64,000 bases of DNA from NCBI GenBank assembly GCA_943356495.1, contig CALRFF010000002.1:165875-229874 (forward strand), in the 5' to 3' direction. The notes under the pieces are model-generated. The model did no database searches. It was given only the letters and a program-made list of their open reading frames with translations, and was not told the DNA's origin. Origin of the DNA: Candidatus Nomurabacteria bacterium. Its GTDB lineage: Bacteria > Patescibacteriota > Minisyncoccia > Phycocordibacterales > SBAW01. A program made the translations under genes and the position numbers. Below are positions 28,355-37,807 of this stretch, piece after piece; the first letter of the stretch is position 1, and every line of letters begins with the position of its first letter.

Positions 28355-29723
28355 TATTTCTCTTACAAAAAAATTTCTGACGGGAGAGTCGTACTACCGG
28401 TTTTCTTCCATTGCCACAAAAGGGCTCGGCTTTATGACGACCTTGTTCGTCTTGCACTCGCTGACGCTGTACCAGTACGGCGTCTTTCAACTGTTGTTGT
28501 CTATCTTTGGAGCGGGTATGGTGGTTTTTTATTTGGCGGGCAATGTCGTGGGCAACGACATACAGCGTTTTATAGCGGCAGGGCAGGAGGGGCGGGCAAA
28601 AAAACTTTTTACCGAGTACAATATCATACGCTTAAGCCTTGGCGTGCTGCTGACGCTCGGCATGGTGCTCGGCGCACCGCTGTTGTCGCGCTGGTACCAG
28701 CCGGACTTTATCCAGATGCTCCAGATAGTAGGGTTGTACTTTTTTGTCGAAGCGCTTTCAGGCTCGCTGTTGTCGTTGGTCAAGGTACGCCTTAACTTCA
28801 GGGCGGCGGCCATGGAGCCCGCCTACGGCAAAGTGGGCCAACTCGCTTTGCTTATAGTATTTTCGCTCACCATAGGCATCTCGACGCGCGAGGCGCTTAT
28901 TGCGGGGCTTATCGGCAACATAGTCGCGGCGCTTACCATGCTCCCCGGCGCCCGCGCCTCGTGGCGGCAATGGCGCGGTGTGCCGCTCCATCATGTGTCG
29001 GTGCTGTGGGGAGTATTGCGCGGCTACGGCAAGTGGGATACTGCGCGGCAAGTCGTGTCTAATTTGGTTTCCAACATACAGCCGTGGCTTATCAAAGTAT
29101 TTATCTCTACCGAAGCGGTGGCTATTTATAGCGTTGCGCTTACCATGGTTGATCTTAGTAAAACCTTTTTGTCTTTTAATACGCTCAGTTCTATCGTGCC
29201 GCGCCAGCTTGCCGACGCGGCGGCTTCGCGCAGGACCTTTGTGCTTAGCATTAAATACCTGTTGTGGATGGCGGTAGTCTGTACCGCCGTAGCGCTTGTC
29301 GCGGGCCCGCTTGGTATAGCGACATTCTTCCCTAAATACCTGGCGGCACTCCCGTATTTTGCCGCGCTGGTGTGGACCGTGCCGTTGGTGGTGTTTACCA
29401 TGCAGGCGGAAACGTTTTTGGTGGCGCTGCGCGAACAGCGGTTTCTCTTTTTGGCGTCGCTGTCGCGCAATGCCGTAACGCCGTTGCTTTTGGTCGCGAC
29501 GCTGCCGGTGCTTGGTTTGTGGGGGGTGGTGGCGACCAAACTGCTGGTAACCGCAAGTTTAATTGTGGCGGAGTTGCGATACCTGTTTCGCAAGCACGCG
29601 CATCTACGGTTTGTGCCCCGCGAACTCCTTACGTTTACCGCCGCCGATACGGTGTTTTTGACCGGTCTTTGGCGCCACAGCCGCGAGCTCCTATCGGTCA
29701 AAGTACGCTCTGTGTTAGGATAA
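28344..29723 (+). CDS. Oligosaccharide/polysaccharide flippase (Wzx-like, MOP superfamily)
   Basis: About 12 predicted hydrophobic helices. Start at MDTNIS. Confidence 0.6.
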   Translation: MDTNISLTKKFLTGESYYRFSSIATKGLGFMTTLFVLHSLTLYQYGVFQLLLSIFGAGMVVFYLAGNVVGNDIQRFIAAGQEGRAKKLFTEYNIIRLSLGVLLTLGMVLGAPLLSRWYQPDFIQMLQIVGLYFFVEALSGSLLSLVKVRLNFRAAAMEPAYGKVGQLALLIVFSLTIGISTREALIAGLIGNIVAALTMLPGARASWRQWRGVPLHHVSVLWGVLRGYGKWDTARQVVSNLVSNIQPWLIKVFISTEAVAIYSVALTMVDLSKTFLSFNTLSSIVPRQLADAAASRRTFVLSIKYLLWMAVVCTAVALVAGPLGIATFFPKYLAALPYFAALVWTVPLVVFTMQAETFLVALREQRFLFLASLSRNAVTPLLLVATLPVLGLWGVVATKLLVTASLIVAELRYLFRKHAHLRFVPRELLTFTAADTVFLTGLWRHSRELLSVKVRSVLG

Positions 29724-29727
29724 TTTT

Positions 29728-30432
29728 ATGAGCGGCAAGGAGCCTTTTATGACCGTGGCCGAGATGCGCGCCAACCCCGAGCGGGTGCGGGCGCTTGATG
29801 TCAGCCCCAAAGACGGCAAGGCAAAAAGCCGCCGTTTTGACGGTTCAACCCGCCCGTCGCTTGTGTATGAGTTTGTAGACAAAGACGCCAAGTTGCTCGA
29901 GCTGGGGCCCTTCGGCGGCCCGCTCACCAAAGAGCTGCAGGAGCAGGGCTACAACCGCATCTCGACGCTCGATTTTATAGACTTGCTCGAGCTGCCTGAC
30001 CGCTCGAAGCTCGAAGCTATAGGCGTCGTCGATTTTAATCGCGACACCTTCCCGCACCCGGACAACACGTTTGACGCGGTAGTGTCCTTCGGTATGTTTG
30101 AGCATTTGGAAAATCCGTTCCATGCGGCGCGCGAGGCGGCGCGCGTGCTTAAGCCCGGAGGTGTGTTTGTTATGGCGATACCGAACGTATTCCATATCGT
30201 CAGCAAGTTAGTCTTTTTGCGTCGGGGGATGTTCCCGCGCTGGAGTTACGGCAATAACCATATTTCCATACTGCCGCACGGCGTGTTTGAAAAGACGATC
30301 CTGCGCGATTTTAAGCTTAAAAAGACCCTGTACTACAAACCTTTCTTGCATTGGTTAGGAGCAAACGCAAAATATCTGCCCGCCAACGAGTGGTTTAGCG
30401 ACTACGTCGCGTACGTGCTGGTAAAAAAATGA
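29728..30432 (+). CDS. Class I SAM-dependent methyltransferase (paralog A)
   Basis: FDAVVSFGMFEHLENP, LKPGGVFVMAIPN. C-terminal 110 aa almost identical to 31368-32078. Confidence 0.65.
   Translation: MSGKEPFMTVAEMRANPERVRALDVSPKDGKAKSRRFDGSTRPSLVYEFVDKDAKLLELGPFGGPLTKELQEQGYNRISTLDFIDLLELPDRSKLEAIGVVDFNRDTFPHPDNTFDAVVSFGMFEHLENPFHAAREAARVLKPGGVFVMAIPNVFHIVSKLVFLRRGMFPRWSYGNNHISILPHGVFEKTILRDFKLKKTLYYKPFLHWLGANAKYLPANEWFSDYVAYVLVKK
30100..30313 (+). repeat. Near-identical 214-bp direct repeat copy A (inside methyltransferase paralog A)
   Basis: Aligned by eye to 31746-31959 with only about 6 mismatches, while flanking gene sequence is much more diverged. Confidence 0.8.
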
Positions 30433-31361
30433 TAACGCGCATAAAAAATGCCTTGGCGCGTCGGTATTGGCGGGTGCGCATGAGCCCCCCGCTGTGGCGT
30501 TTTATCAACCGTGGCCGCAGGCGCACGTGGCAGGCGTTGGCTCTGCGGGAGGCGCCGCACGAGCGGCGCATTGCCGACGCATTACGTGCCGACGGTATCG
30601 CGTTTTCATCGCTCCAAGAGCTGGGGCTCGACCATCTTTGGCCGGCCATGCAGGAAAACGCGCGTGCGCTCAAACAACGCTGGGTCAGTGACGCGTCGTT
30701 TAGAGAACATATTTTAGGCGAACTTGAAAGTAAAGAAATAGCCAAAGGCGCCAAAAAAACATTTTTACTTCCGCTCTACGGCGGCGGCTGGACCACGCCT
30801 ATGCTTGAACCGGAAAATCCGTACATACAGTTTTCTCTTTCCGACACGGTGCTTACTATTGCGGGGATGTACCTCGGTCTTATGCCGAAGTTTGACTCGT
30901 TTAACCTTTCTGAGACGGTGTTGGTCGCGGGGGATGCAAAATTTTCCCAGCGATGGCACCGCGACCCGGAGGACCGCCGGCTGCTCAAAGCTTTTATTTA
31001 TGTCTCCGACGTGCTCGACGACGGTGTGGGGCCGTTTACGTATGTGCGGGGAAGTCAGGAGGGCGGCAGGTACCACCACCTTTTTCCGCAGCAATTTCCG
31101 CAGGGGAGTTATCCGGCGCCCGAGGCACTTGAGCGCACGGTGCATCCCAAGGATATCCAAAAAGCTTTCGGAAAAGCGGGCACGGTGGTGTTTGCCGACA
31201 CCGCGGGTCTGCATCGCGGCGGCTTTAGCACCACGCGGGAGCGTATGATGTACACCGCCGGATACGTCGCTGCAACCTCGACCCAGCCGCGCAAGTTTAC
31301 TATAGGGGAGGCCCCCGCCCATCTATCGGTATTGGCGGACGCGTCGCTCAGAGTATACTAA
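30429..31361 (+). CDS. Phytanoyl-CoA dioxygenase (PhyH)-like Fe(II)/2OG oxygenase family protein
   Basis: WHRDPED (HxD) and a distal HRGG histidine. Size and spacing fit PhyH. Confidence 0.45.
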   Translation: MITRIKNALARRYWRVRMSPPLWRFINRGRRRTWQALALREAPHERRIADALRADGIAFSSLQELGLDHLWPAMQENARALKQRWVSDASFREHILGELESKEIAKGAKKTFLLPLYGGGWTTPMLEPENPYIQFSLSDTVLTIAGMYLGLMPKFDSFNLSETVLVAGDAKFSQRWHRDPEDRRLLKAFIYVSDVLDDGVGPFTYVRGSQEGGRYHHLFPQQFPQGSYPAPEALERTVHPKDIQKAFGKAGTVVFADTAGLHRGGFSTTRERMMYTAGYVAATSTQPRKFTIGEAPAHLSVLADASLRVY

Positions 31362-31367
31362 ACCCTT

Positions 31368-32078
31368 ATGCGCATCGAACCTTTTACACTTATCCGCGGT
31401 CGCCACCCCTTTGTAACGGTCGAAGAGCTCCGTCGCGATTCCACGCTCCTTTTAGAGCCCAAGGGCGATTGGACGGGGCCGCGGTTTGAGGGTTCTACAA
31501 CCACCTCACTGGTCGAAAAGTACTGCCCTAAAGAAAGGCCAATACTTGAATGCGGCCCTATTTGGGGAAAGTTTACAGAATGGCTGCAGAATTACGGCTA
31601 CCGCGATGTACGCGTACTCGATTTTGCAGATATGCTCCGGTGGGGCGACCGCGCCAAGATGCAGTTTGCGGTAACCGATTTTAACAAGGACCGCATGCCG
31701 TATGCGGACAATACCATCGGGAGTGCGGTCGCGTGGGGGATATGCGAGCATTTGGAAAATCCGTTCCATGCGGCCCGCGAGGTAGCACGCGTGCTTAAGC
31801 CCGGAGGTGTGTTTGTTATGGCGATACCGAACGTATTCCATATCGTCAGCAAGTTGGTCTTTTTGCGTCGGGGGATGTTTCCGCGCTGGAGTTACGGCAA
31901 CAACCATATTTCCATACTGCCGCACGGCGTGTTTGAAAAGACAATTCTGCGCGATTTTACGCTTGTCGAAACACGCTACTACAAGCCGTTCTTGCATTGG
32001 CTGGGTGCAAAGGCAAAGTACCTGCCGGCAAACGAGTGGTTTAGCGATTATGTCGCCTATGTGCTGGTAAAAAAATAA
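31368..32078 (+). CDS. Class I SAM-dependent methyltransferase (paralog B)
   Basis: N-terminal half about 35% identical to paralog A, C-terminal half about 95% identical. Confidence 0.65.
   Translation: MRIEPFTLIRGRHPFVTVEELRRDSTLLLEPKGDWTGPRFEGSTTTSLVEKYCPKERPILECGPIWGKFTEWLQNYGYRDVRVLDFADMLRWGDRAKMQFAVTDFNKDRMPYADNTIGSAVAWGICEHLENPFHAAREVARVLKPGGVFVMAIPNVFHIVSKLVFLRRGMFPRWSYGNNHISILPHGVFEKTILRDFTLVETRYYKPFLHWLGAKAKYLPANEWFSDYVAYVLVKK
31746..31959 (+). repeat. Near-identical 214-bp direct repeat copy B (inside methyltransferase paralog B)
   Basis: See copy A. Copies are 1.65 kb apart in the same orientation. Confidence 0.8.
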
Positions 32079-32091
32079 CTACACGAGCCGC

Positions 32092-33441
32092 ATGAAGACC
32101 CTGCTTATTACCAGCTTTCATCCGGTTGTGTTGCGCAACCTGCTGATGACCGAGGCCCTGAGTCTGCTTATGGCGCGCACCGACGTGCGGGTGGTGGTGC
32201 TTGTGCCGGGATATAAAAAAGAGTATTTTGCCGCGCAACTTCAGTACCCGAACCTTATAGTCGAGGGCATTACGCTCGGTTCGCCTTCAAAACAGTTTGT
32301 TACGCTTATTATAAAACGGCTCGCAAAACTTTCTATCGATACTGCATCGGCCAAAATTCAGCGCCGTATGAAGTGGGAGCGCGAGGGCAAGTGGTGGTAC
32401 TATGCGGCCGCTGCCGTACCGGCATGGTTGTCACGTCACGGGTGGTACCGCGCCGCGTTGCGCTATGCCGACCGCGTACTTACCGCTACAAATCGCTACG
32501 AGGAACTCTTTAACACCTACGCTCCCGACTTGGTATTGGTAACCGACGTGCAGAACGAGCGCGATGTCGAGGTGTCGCAATACGCCAAGCGCCGCGGTAT
32601 CCGCACCTACGCGCTGGTGCGCAACTGGGACAACCTTACAAGTCACGGGCTTATCCGTAGCGTGCCGGATGTGCTGCTGGTGGGGAGCGGCGAGTTGCGT
32701 CGGCAGGCAATACATTTAAACGGCCTGCGGCAGGAGCGGGTGCGGTTGGTGGGCAACCCGCACCATGACCGTTGGGTTAAAGGATCACCCCAAAGTCGCG
32801 AGGCTTTTTTTGCCGAGCACGGTTTTGACCAAAAAAAGCCGCTTATTCTCCTCGCTCTTATCGGCGATTGGTATATCCCCGACAACGATACCGACGCCTA
32901 CTTGCTTGAGCTTGCTGCAACGTGGGACGCAAATGTGATGGTGCGTTTTCATCCGACGGTAGAAGTGGCGGCGTTGCGGGACGCCAAACCAGCCCCTAAT
33001 ATGGCGTTTGACCGGCCGGGACAGGCGTTTAGTAGCGAGTATGCCGACCGTGTACTCGACACCAAAGACGACGAGCGGCTTATGTGCGAGCTTTCTTACA
33101 GTGACATGGTGGTGTGCGGGCCGACTACGTTGGGCATGGAGGCGATGTTGTTCGGCAAGCCGGTTGCGCTTATTAACTTTCACCGCCGCAGCCGTTCGCT
33201 CAAAGAGGGTATTGTACTGTACGAGTATGACCACCTGCGTTTTGTGCGGCAGTATCGCGCCGCGTGGTTGACCGAAAGCGCCGAAGAGCTCGGCCGCGCG
33301 ATAACAACCTATCTCAAAAATCCTGAGTTACATGCAGAGGGACGCGCGGTTGTGGCAAATGCCTACGGCGGCCCGCAGGACGGCCGCTCGGGCAAGCGTC
33401 TTGCGCAGGAGCTGCTCGACGGCCTCGGGCTCTTGACGTAA
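32092..33441 (+). CDS. CDP-alditol:polymer alditol-phosphotransferase-like protein (TagB/TagF 'Glyphos_transf' family), paralog 1
   Basis: KPLILLALIGDWY, VMVRFHPT, SYSDMVVCGPTTLGMEAMLFGKPVALINFH resemble the TagF K-x-vLYAPTwR / HP / ADvLITDYSSvfFDf motifs. Confidence 0.4.
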   Translation: MKTLLITSFHPVVLRNLLMTEALSLLMARTDVRVVVLVPGYKKEYFAAQLQYPNLIVEGITLGSPSKQFVTLIIKRLAKLSIDTASAKIQRRMKWEREGKWWYYAAAAVPAWLSRHGWYRAALRYADRVLTATNRYEELFNTYAPDLVLVTDVQNERDVEVSQYAKRRGIRTYALVRNWDNLTSHGLIRSVPDVLLVGSGELRRQAIHLNGLRQERVRLVGNPHHDRWVKGSPQSREAFFAEHGFDQKKPLILLALIGDWYIPDNDTDAYLLELAATWDANVMVRFHPTVEVAALRDAKPAPNMAFDRPGQAFSSEYADRVLDTKDDERLMCELSYSDMVVCGPTTLGMEAMLFGKPVALINFHRRSRSLKEGIVLYEYDHLRFVRQYRAAWLTESAEELGRAITTYLKNPELHAEGRAVVANAYGGPQDGRSGKRLAQELLDGLGLLT

Positions 33442-33467
33442 ACGCCCGCCAGCGACACCATCACCCT

Positions 33468-35168
33468 ATGAACGTACTCGGACTCAAAATAGCTAACCAC
33501 GACACGGGCGCCGCGCTTATTGCGCACGGGCGCGTCGTCGCCGTCTCCGAAGAGCGGCTTAACCGGGTTAAGCACTCGTTTAATATGTTCCCCACGCTCG
33601 CGATAGACTACTGCCTTGCGGAGTTGGGGCTTACACCGGCAGAGCTGGACCTTATTGTTATCGATCAAACCGGCGTGCGCGAAGAGGCACCGATGAAAGA
33701 AATTTTTGCGCGCGAGACAGGTGCCCGCTTTGCGGGCGTGCGGGTGGAGGTTATCAACCACCACGACGCGCACGCGGCATCGGCTTTTTTTGCATCACCG
33801 TTTAGCGAGTCGGCGGTGCTGGTGTACGACGGCTCGGGCGAGCGCTTTTTGACGCAAGAAGGCGTAGTGGTAGAAACAGAGACGCTCTACCAAGGCCGCG
33901 ACAACACGCTTACCGAACTGCAGAAAGTGCGCCACTTGCGCGACGGACGCCGCGCGACCATCGGCATCGGCAAAGTGTACAGTCTGCTTTCAAGCTCGTA
34001 CCTCGGCTTCGGCAACTACAACGAAGGCAAAATGATGGGGTTAGCGCCGTTTGGGGACCTGTCGTTGCTACAAAAAATCCCCGAACACCGCTGGTGGAAA
34101 GAGGTAGACGGCGAAATTGTCTGCAACGCGCAGATATTCCCCGCATGGCGTATTCCGCTTATCGGCGGCGCATTGGCGGCGCTGTGGCACCGCGCACGTT
34201 TGGGCAGCAGTGTCTTTGCCCCTATTATCCTGCCGCGCCCGGCGCGCAATGGGGAGCAGCTACCCGACACGTACTATGCAAGCGTGGCGCGCACCGCCCA
34301 GCATGTGCTCGAGGCCGTTGCGGTCGCGCTCGGTTTAAAACTTAAAGCGCTGACCGGCTCGGATAATTTGGCGATAGCCGGCGGCATCGGCCTTAACATC
34401 GACGCCAATAAAAACTTTTTAGACAAAGCGGGTTTTAAGCGCTTGTTCGTACAGCCCGGCAGCTCCGACAGCGGAGTACCGCTTGGGTGCGCGCTGTGGG
34501 GCTACCATGTACTCCTTAAACAGCCGCGCTTTTGGGAGATGAAGCATGCCTATCTCGGACGCGCCTACTCTACCCTAGAGGTTGAAGCGGCCCTAGACGC
34601 TTTTAAAGATAAGGTGCGCTGGAGACGCTCCGCCACGATAGCCAAAGACGCGGCCGCGCTGTTGGCCGACGGCAAAGTGGGGGCGTGGTTTCAGGGCGGG
34701 AGCGAGTATGGGCCGCGCGCGCTCGGGCACCGCTCGATTATTGCCGATGCCCGCCGCCCCGACATGGCCGACACGCTTAACTATCGCGTCAAGCACCGCG
34801 AGGCGTGGCGGCCGTTTGCCACCTCGATGCTTAAAGACAAGTTGAGCGAGTGGTTTGACCTTGCGCACGAAAGTCCGTACATGCTGCTTGCGGCGCAGGC
34901 GCTCCCCGGCGTAGCCGCGCAGGTGCCGTCGGTCATACACGTCGACAACACCTCGCGCATACAAACCGTGACCAAAGAAGACAATGGGCGGTACTTCGAG
35001 CTGATAGACGAGTTTTACAAACTGACCGGTGTGCCTATTATCCTCAACACCTCCTTTAACCTCGGCGGCGAGCCTATTGTCGAAAGCCCGCAAGACGCCC
35101 TGCGCACCTTTACCTCGACCGACATGGATTACTTGGTGCTCGAGGAGTATGTGGTAGAGAAGCTCTAA
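33468..35168 (+). CDS. Carbamoyltransferase (NodU/CmcH/TobZ family)
   Basis: N-terminal LGLKIANHDTGAALI (ASKHA-like) and C-terminal EYGPRALGHRSIIADARRP ... NTSFN..GEPIV, characteristic of O-carbamoyltransferases. Confidence 0.85.
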   Translation: MNVLGLKIANHDTGAALIAHGRVVAVSEERLNRVKHSFNMFPTLAIDYCLAELGLTPAELDLIVIDQTGVREEAPMKEIFARETGARFAGVRVEVINHHDAHAASAFFASPFSESAVLVYDGSGERFLTQEGVVVETETLYQGRDNTLTELQKVRHLRDGRRATIGIGKVYSLLSSSYLGFGNYNEGKMMGLAPFGDLSLLQKIPEHRWWKEVDGEIVCNAQIFPAWRIPLIGGALAALWHRARLGSSVFAPIILPRPARNGEQLPDTYYASVARTAQHVLEAVAVALGLKLKALTGSDNLAIAGGIGLNIDANKNFLDKAGFKRLFVQPGSSDSGVPLGCALWGYHVLLKQPRFWEMKHAYLGRAYSTLEVEAALDAFKDKVRWRRSATIAKDAAALLADGKVGAWFQGGSEYGPRALGHRSIIADARRPDMADTLNYRVKHREAWRPFATSMLKDKLSEWFDLAHESPYMLLAAQALPGVAAQVPSVIHVDNTSRIQTVTKEDNGRYFELIDEFYKLTGVPIILNTSFNLGGEPIVESPQDALRTFTSTDMDYLVLEEYVVEKL

Positions 35169-35169
35169 G

Positions 35170-36543
35170 ATGAAAACTGTTTTTATTACGAGCTTTCATG
35201 CGCTTATATCGCGCAATATCCTAATGGCCGGCGTACCCGCGCTGTTGGCTAATACACACCGCGTGGTGCTGTTGGTCCCGCAGGAAAAAGTATCCTACTT
35301 TGCCGACGAGTTCGGCCTGCCTGCCGGCAAGGCAGGCGGTGGCGAAATTATAGTTGAAGGCGTGGATACGACGCTTACCCGCCGCGACCGCCTGCTGCGG
35401 TATGCAGTGCTGGCAATTACCCGTACCAAAGGCCTTGCGATAAAAAGACGCGCTAAATATGCCGCCGGCGGGAACTTACTTTCCTATATCGGCTCGGCAC
35501 TGCCCTCGGCGCTGCTGCGCGGCGCGCGGCCGGTTGTTGCCGCTTTACGTTTTTTTGACCCATTGGTGCTGCGCTCGCGCCGTTTTGCACCGTTGTTTGC
35601 AAAGTATCAGCCGGCGCTCGTGTTTGCTACCGACCTGCAAAACGAAATGGATGTGCGCCTGCTCGAAGAGGCAAAGGCCCGCGGTGTTGCCACTGCGGGC
35701 ATGATCCGCTCGTGGGACAACGTGTCATCAAAGGGTTTGTTGCGCGCGGTGCCCGCGCTGGTGGTGGTACACAACGAGTCTTTGAAGCGCCAAATGATTG
35801 AAAAAAATTTCATACCAGCAGACACTATTGCGGTGGTAGGTATCCCGCATTACGACCGGTATGCGGAGCCCGCCGTTACCGTGCGGGAAGATTTTTTTGC
35901 CCCGCTCGGGCTCGATAAAAACCGGAAACTTGTTTTGTTCGCGCCGATAGGCGACCGCTATATCCGCGACAACAAGCTCGATGCGCTTATACTCGAGACA
36001 CTTTCCCACCTCGATGTAAACGTTCTGGTGCGTTTGCCGCCGACCGACACTATCGCGTACCTGCCGGTGCCGAATAATCGCGCGCATATAGTAGTGCAAA
36101 AAACCGGCGACCGTCCGTGGAAGAATGCTCATGGAGGGGGAGCTTCTAAACTCAATGAGATAACGCGCCAAGACGAACAGACGCTTATAGACTCGCTCTA
36201 CTACGCCGACGTATTAGTGACAGGGCAGTCGACCATGGTTATCGATGCGGCGGCCTTTGATACCCCGAGCATTATTATCGACTTTGACACCGAGCCGCGC
36301 GAGTACTACGACAGCATGCATCGCTACTACGACTACGAGTACTATCCGCCGGTTATACAAAGCGGCGGGGTGTTTGTGGCGCGCTCACCCGAGGAGTTGC
36401 GTATACTGGTCGAGTCTTCGCTTACGGACCGCGCACTCGGCCACGATGGCCGTATGCGGCTGTTTGCTGAGCAAGCGGGGGAGTTAGGGGGCGGTTCGGC
36501 GGAACGACTTGTGGAGGCGTTGCGGTCGGCGATATACTCCTAA
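35170..36543 (+). CDS. TagB/TagF-family alditol-phosphotransferase-like protein, paralog 2
   Basis: RKLVLFAPIGDRY, VLVRLPPTD, YYADVLVTGQSTMVIDAAAFDTPSIIIDFDTEPREYY. Confidence 0.45.
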   Translation: MKTVFITSFHALISRNILMAGVPALLANTHRVVLLVPQEKVSYFADEFGLPAGKAGGGEIIVEGVDTTLTRRDRLLRYAVLAITRTKGLAIKRRAKYAAGGNLLSYIGSALPSALLRGARPVVAALRFFDPLVLRSRRFAPLFAKYQPALVFATDLQNEMDVRLLEEAKARGVATAGMIRSWDNVSSKGLLRAVPALVVVHNESLKRQMIEKNFIPADTIAVVGIPHYDRYAEPAVTVREDFFAPLGLDKNRKLVLFAPIGDRYIRDNKLDALILETLSHLDVNVLVRLPPTDTIAYLPVPNNRAHIVVQKTGDRPWKNAHGGGASKLNEITRQDEQTLIDSLYYADVLVTGQSTMVIDAAAFDTPSIIIDFDTEPREYYDSMHRYYDYEYYPPVIQSGGVFVARSPEELRILVESSLTDRALGHDGRMRLFAEQAGELGGGSAERLVEALRSAIYS

Positions 36544-36547
36544 TATC

Positions 36548-37807
36548 ATGGAAGGGCCTCTTATAAGCGTATATATACCCACCAACGGGCGTCCGGAGCT
36601 GGAGTATGCGATTGATTCGATACTCAATCAGGATATACCGGGAGTCGAGATAGTGGTGAGTAGTTGCGCCAAACAAGAGGAGGTTGCTCGGCTCATCAGG
36701 AGATATAATAACCCTTTAATTAAAAACGCTCCCTTGCCGGAGGGGATGCCGACTAACGGTACTTTTGATTATGCGGCGCGACACACGACCGGGCGGTATA
36801 TTTTTTTCCTGAGCGACGACGACTGTTTTTTGCCGGGGGCGCTTGCTTTGATGGTCGCCGTGGCGCGCTCTACCGGCGCCGACCTAGTGGCGGGCAACCA
36901 CCTGTACTTTTACGACAACAGGCATGCGCGCCGCTATTTGTGGCATGCGATGGGCGTCGTTCCGTACACCGGCACTACACGCACTTTTAATCCGTTTCAG
37001 GCTATCCGGGCGTTTTTTGCCTTCGATCGCATAGGTCCCAAGCATCAAATTCCGCGTCTCCATCCGTCTACGATTATGGTCGAGCGGGGCGTGATGGAGC
37101 GGGCGTGGAAACAGATAGGGACGATTATGTTCGACGATTTGCCGAACGGGCTTTCGCATCAGCCGATTCTTCTCGCGCATGCGCAGCGCTGCGTGTCGGT
37201 TGATTACCCCGTGGTCATCGTCGGACGCCTCGGCGTCTCTATGAGTCAGGTGTGGTCGACGGCTGCCCGCAACCGCTTTCGCAAAACACCGTTTCCTTTG
37301 GAATATTCGCCGGTCATCGGCTACACGCGCATTAACGGCTCGATAGAAAATTATCTCCGCCTGCAAAAACGGTATCCGGAGGTGTTCGGTGATATTCCCA
37401 TCAATTACAATGTATTTGCCCGTATTTATGTGCAGGAGTTGCGGTACTTGGACATGGAGTGGAACATGATGGTGCCGGTATGGCGCGACGCCTTTGCGTT
37501 TTTGCGCACCTTGCCGGAGCCGGTACGCACCGAACTGCTCGCCAAAGCGCGGCGTTTTGCGCTTCTGTATCCTGTCGTATTCGTTGCGCGGCGCACGGGG
37601 CTGCATCACCTGTGGCGGGTACTGCTCGGACGGCGGATCGCCGCTCGCGCTCCGTCTCCTGCGGTGGAGTTTGCACACAAGCGGGAATTTTATATACCGC
37701 TTGCAAAGTATCCAACGGTTCGCACCATCAGCGATGTGGCGGCCAACGCCTTTTCTATTTTGCGCCATGAGATAGGCCAAGGCCTTCCTTCGGCACCAAG
37801 TATATGA
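36548..37807 (+). CDS. Glycosyltransferase family 2 with extended C-terminal domain
   Basis: ISVYIPTNGRPELEYAIDSILNQ, and FLSDDD (DxD). Confidence 0.7.
   Translation: MEGPLISVYIPTNGRPELEYAIDSILNQDIPGVEIVVSSCAKQEEVARLIRRYNNPLIKNAPLPEGMPTNGTFDYAARHTTGRYIFFLSDDDCFLPGALALMVAVARSTGADLVAGNHLYFYDNRHARRYLWHAMGVVPYTGTTRTFNPFQAIRAFFAFDRIGPKHQIPRLHPSTIMVERGVMERAWKQIGTIMFDDLPNGLSHQPILLAHAQRCVSVDYPVVIVGRLGVSMSQVWSTAARNRFRKTPFPLEYSPVIGYTRINGSIENYLRLQKRYPEVFGDIPINYNVFARIYVQELRYLDMEWNMMVPVWRDAFAFLRTLPEPVRTELLAKARRFALLYPVVFVARRTGLHHLWRVLLGRRIAARAPSPAVEFAHKREFYIPLAKYPTVRTISDVAANAFSILRHEIGQGLPSAPSI

Noticed and set aside
33363-33773. Possibility of CRISPR arrays, transposases or integrases anywhere in the window
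   Set aside because: No regularly spaced short repeats, no DDE/tyrosine-recombinase-like ORFs and no inverted terminal repeats were seen. The only notable repeat is the 214-bp intragenic methyltransferase segment.
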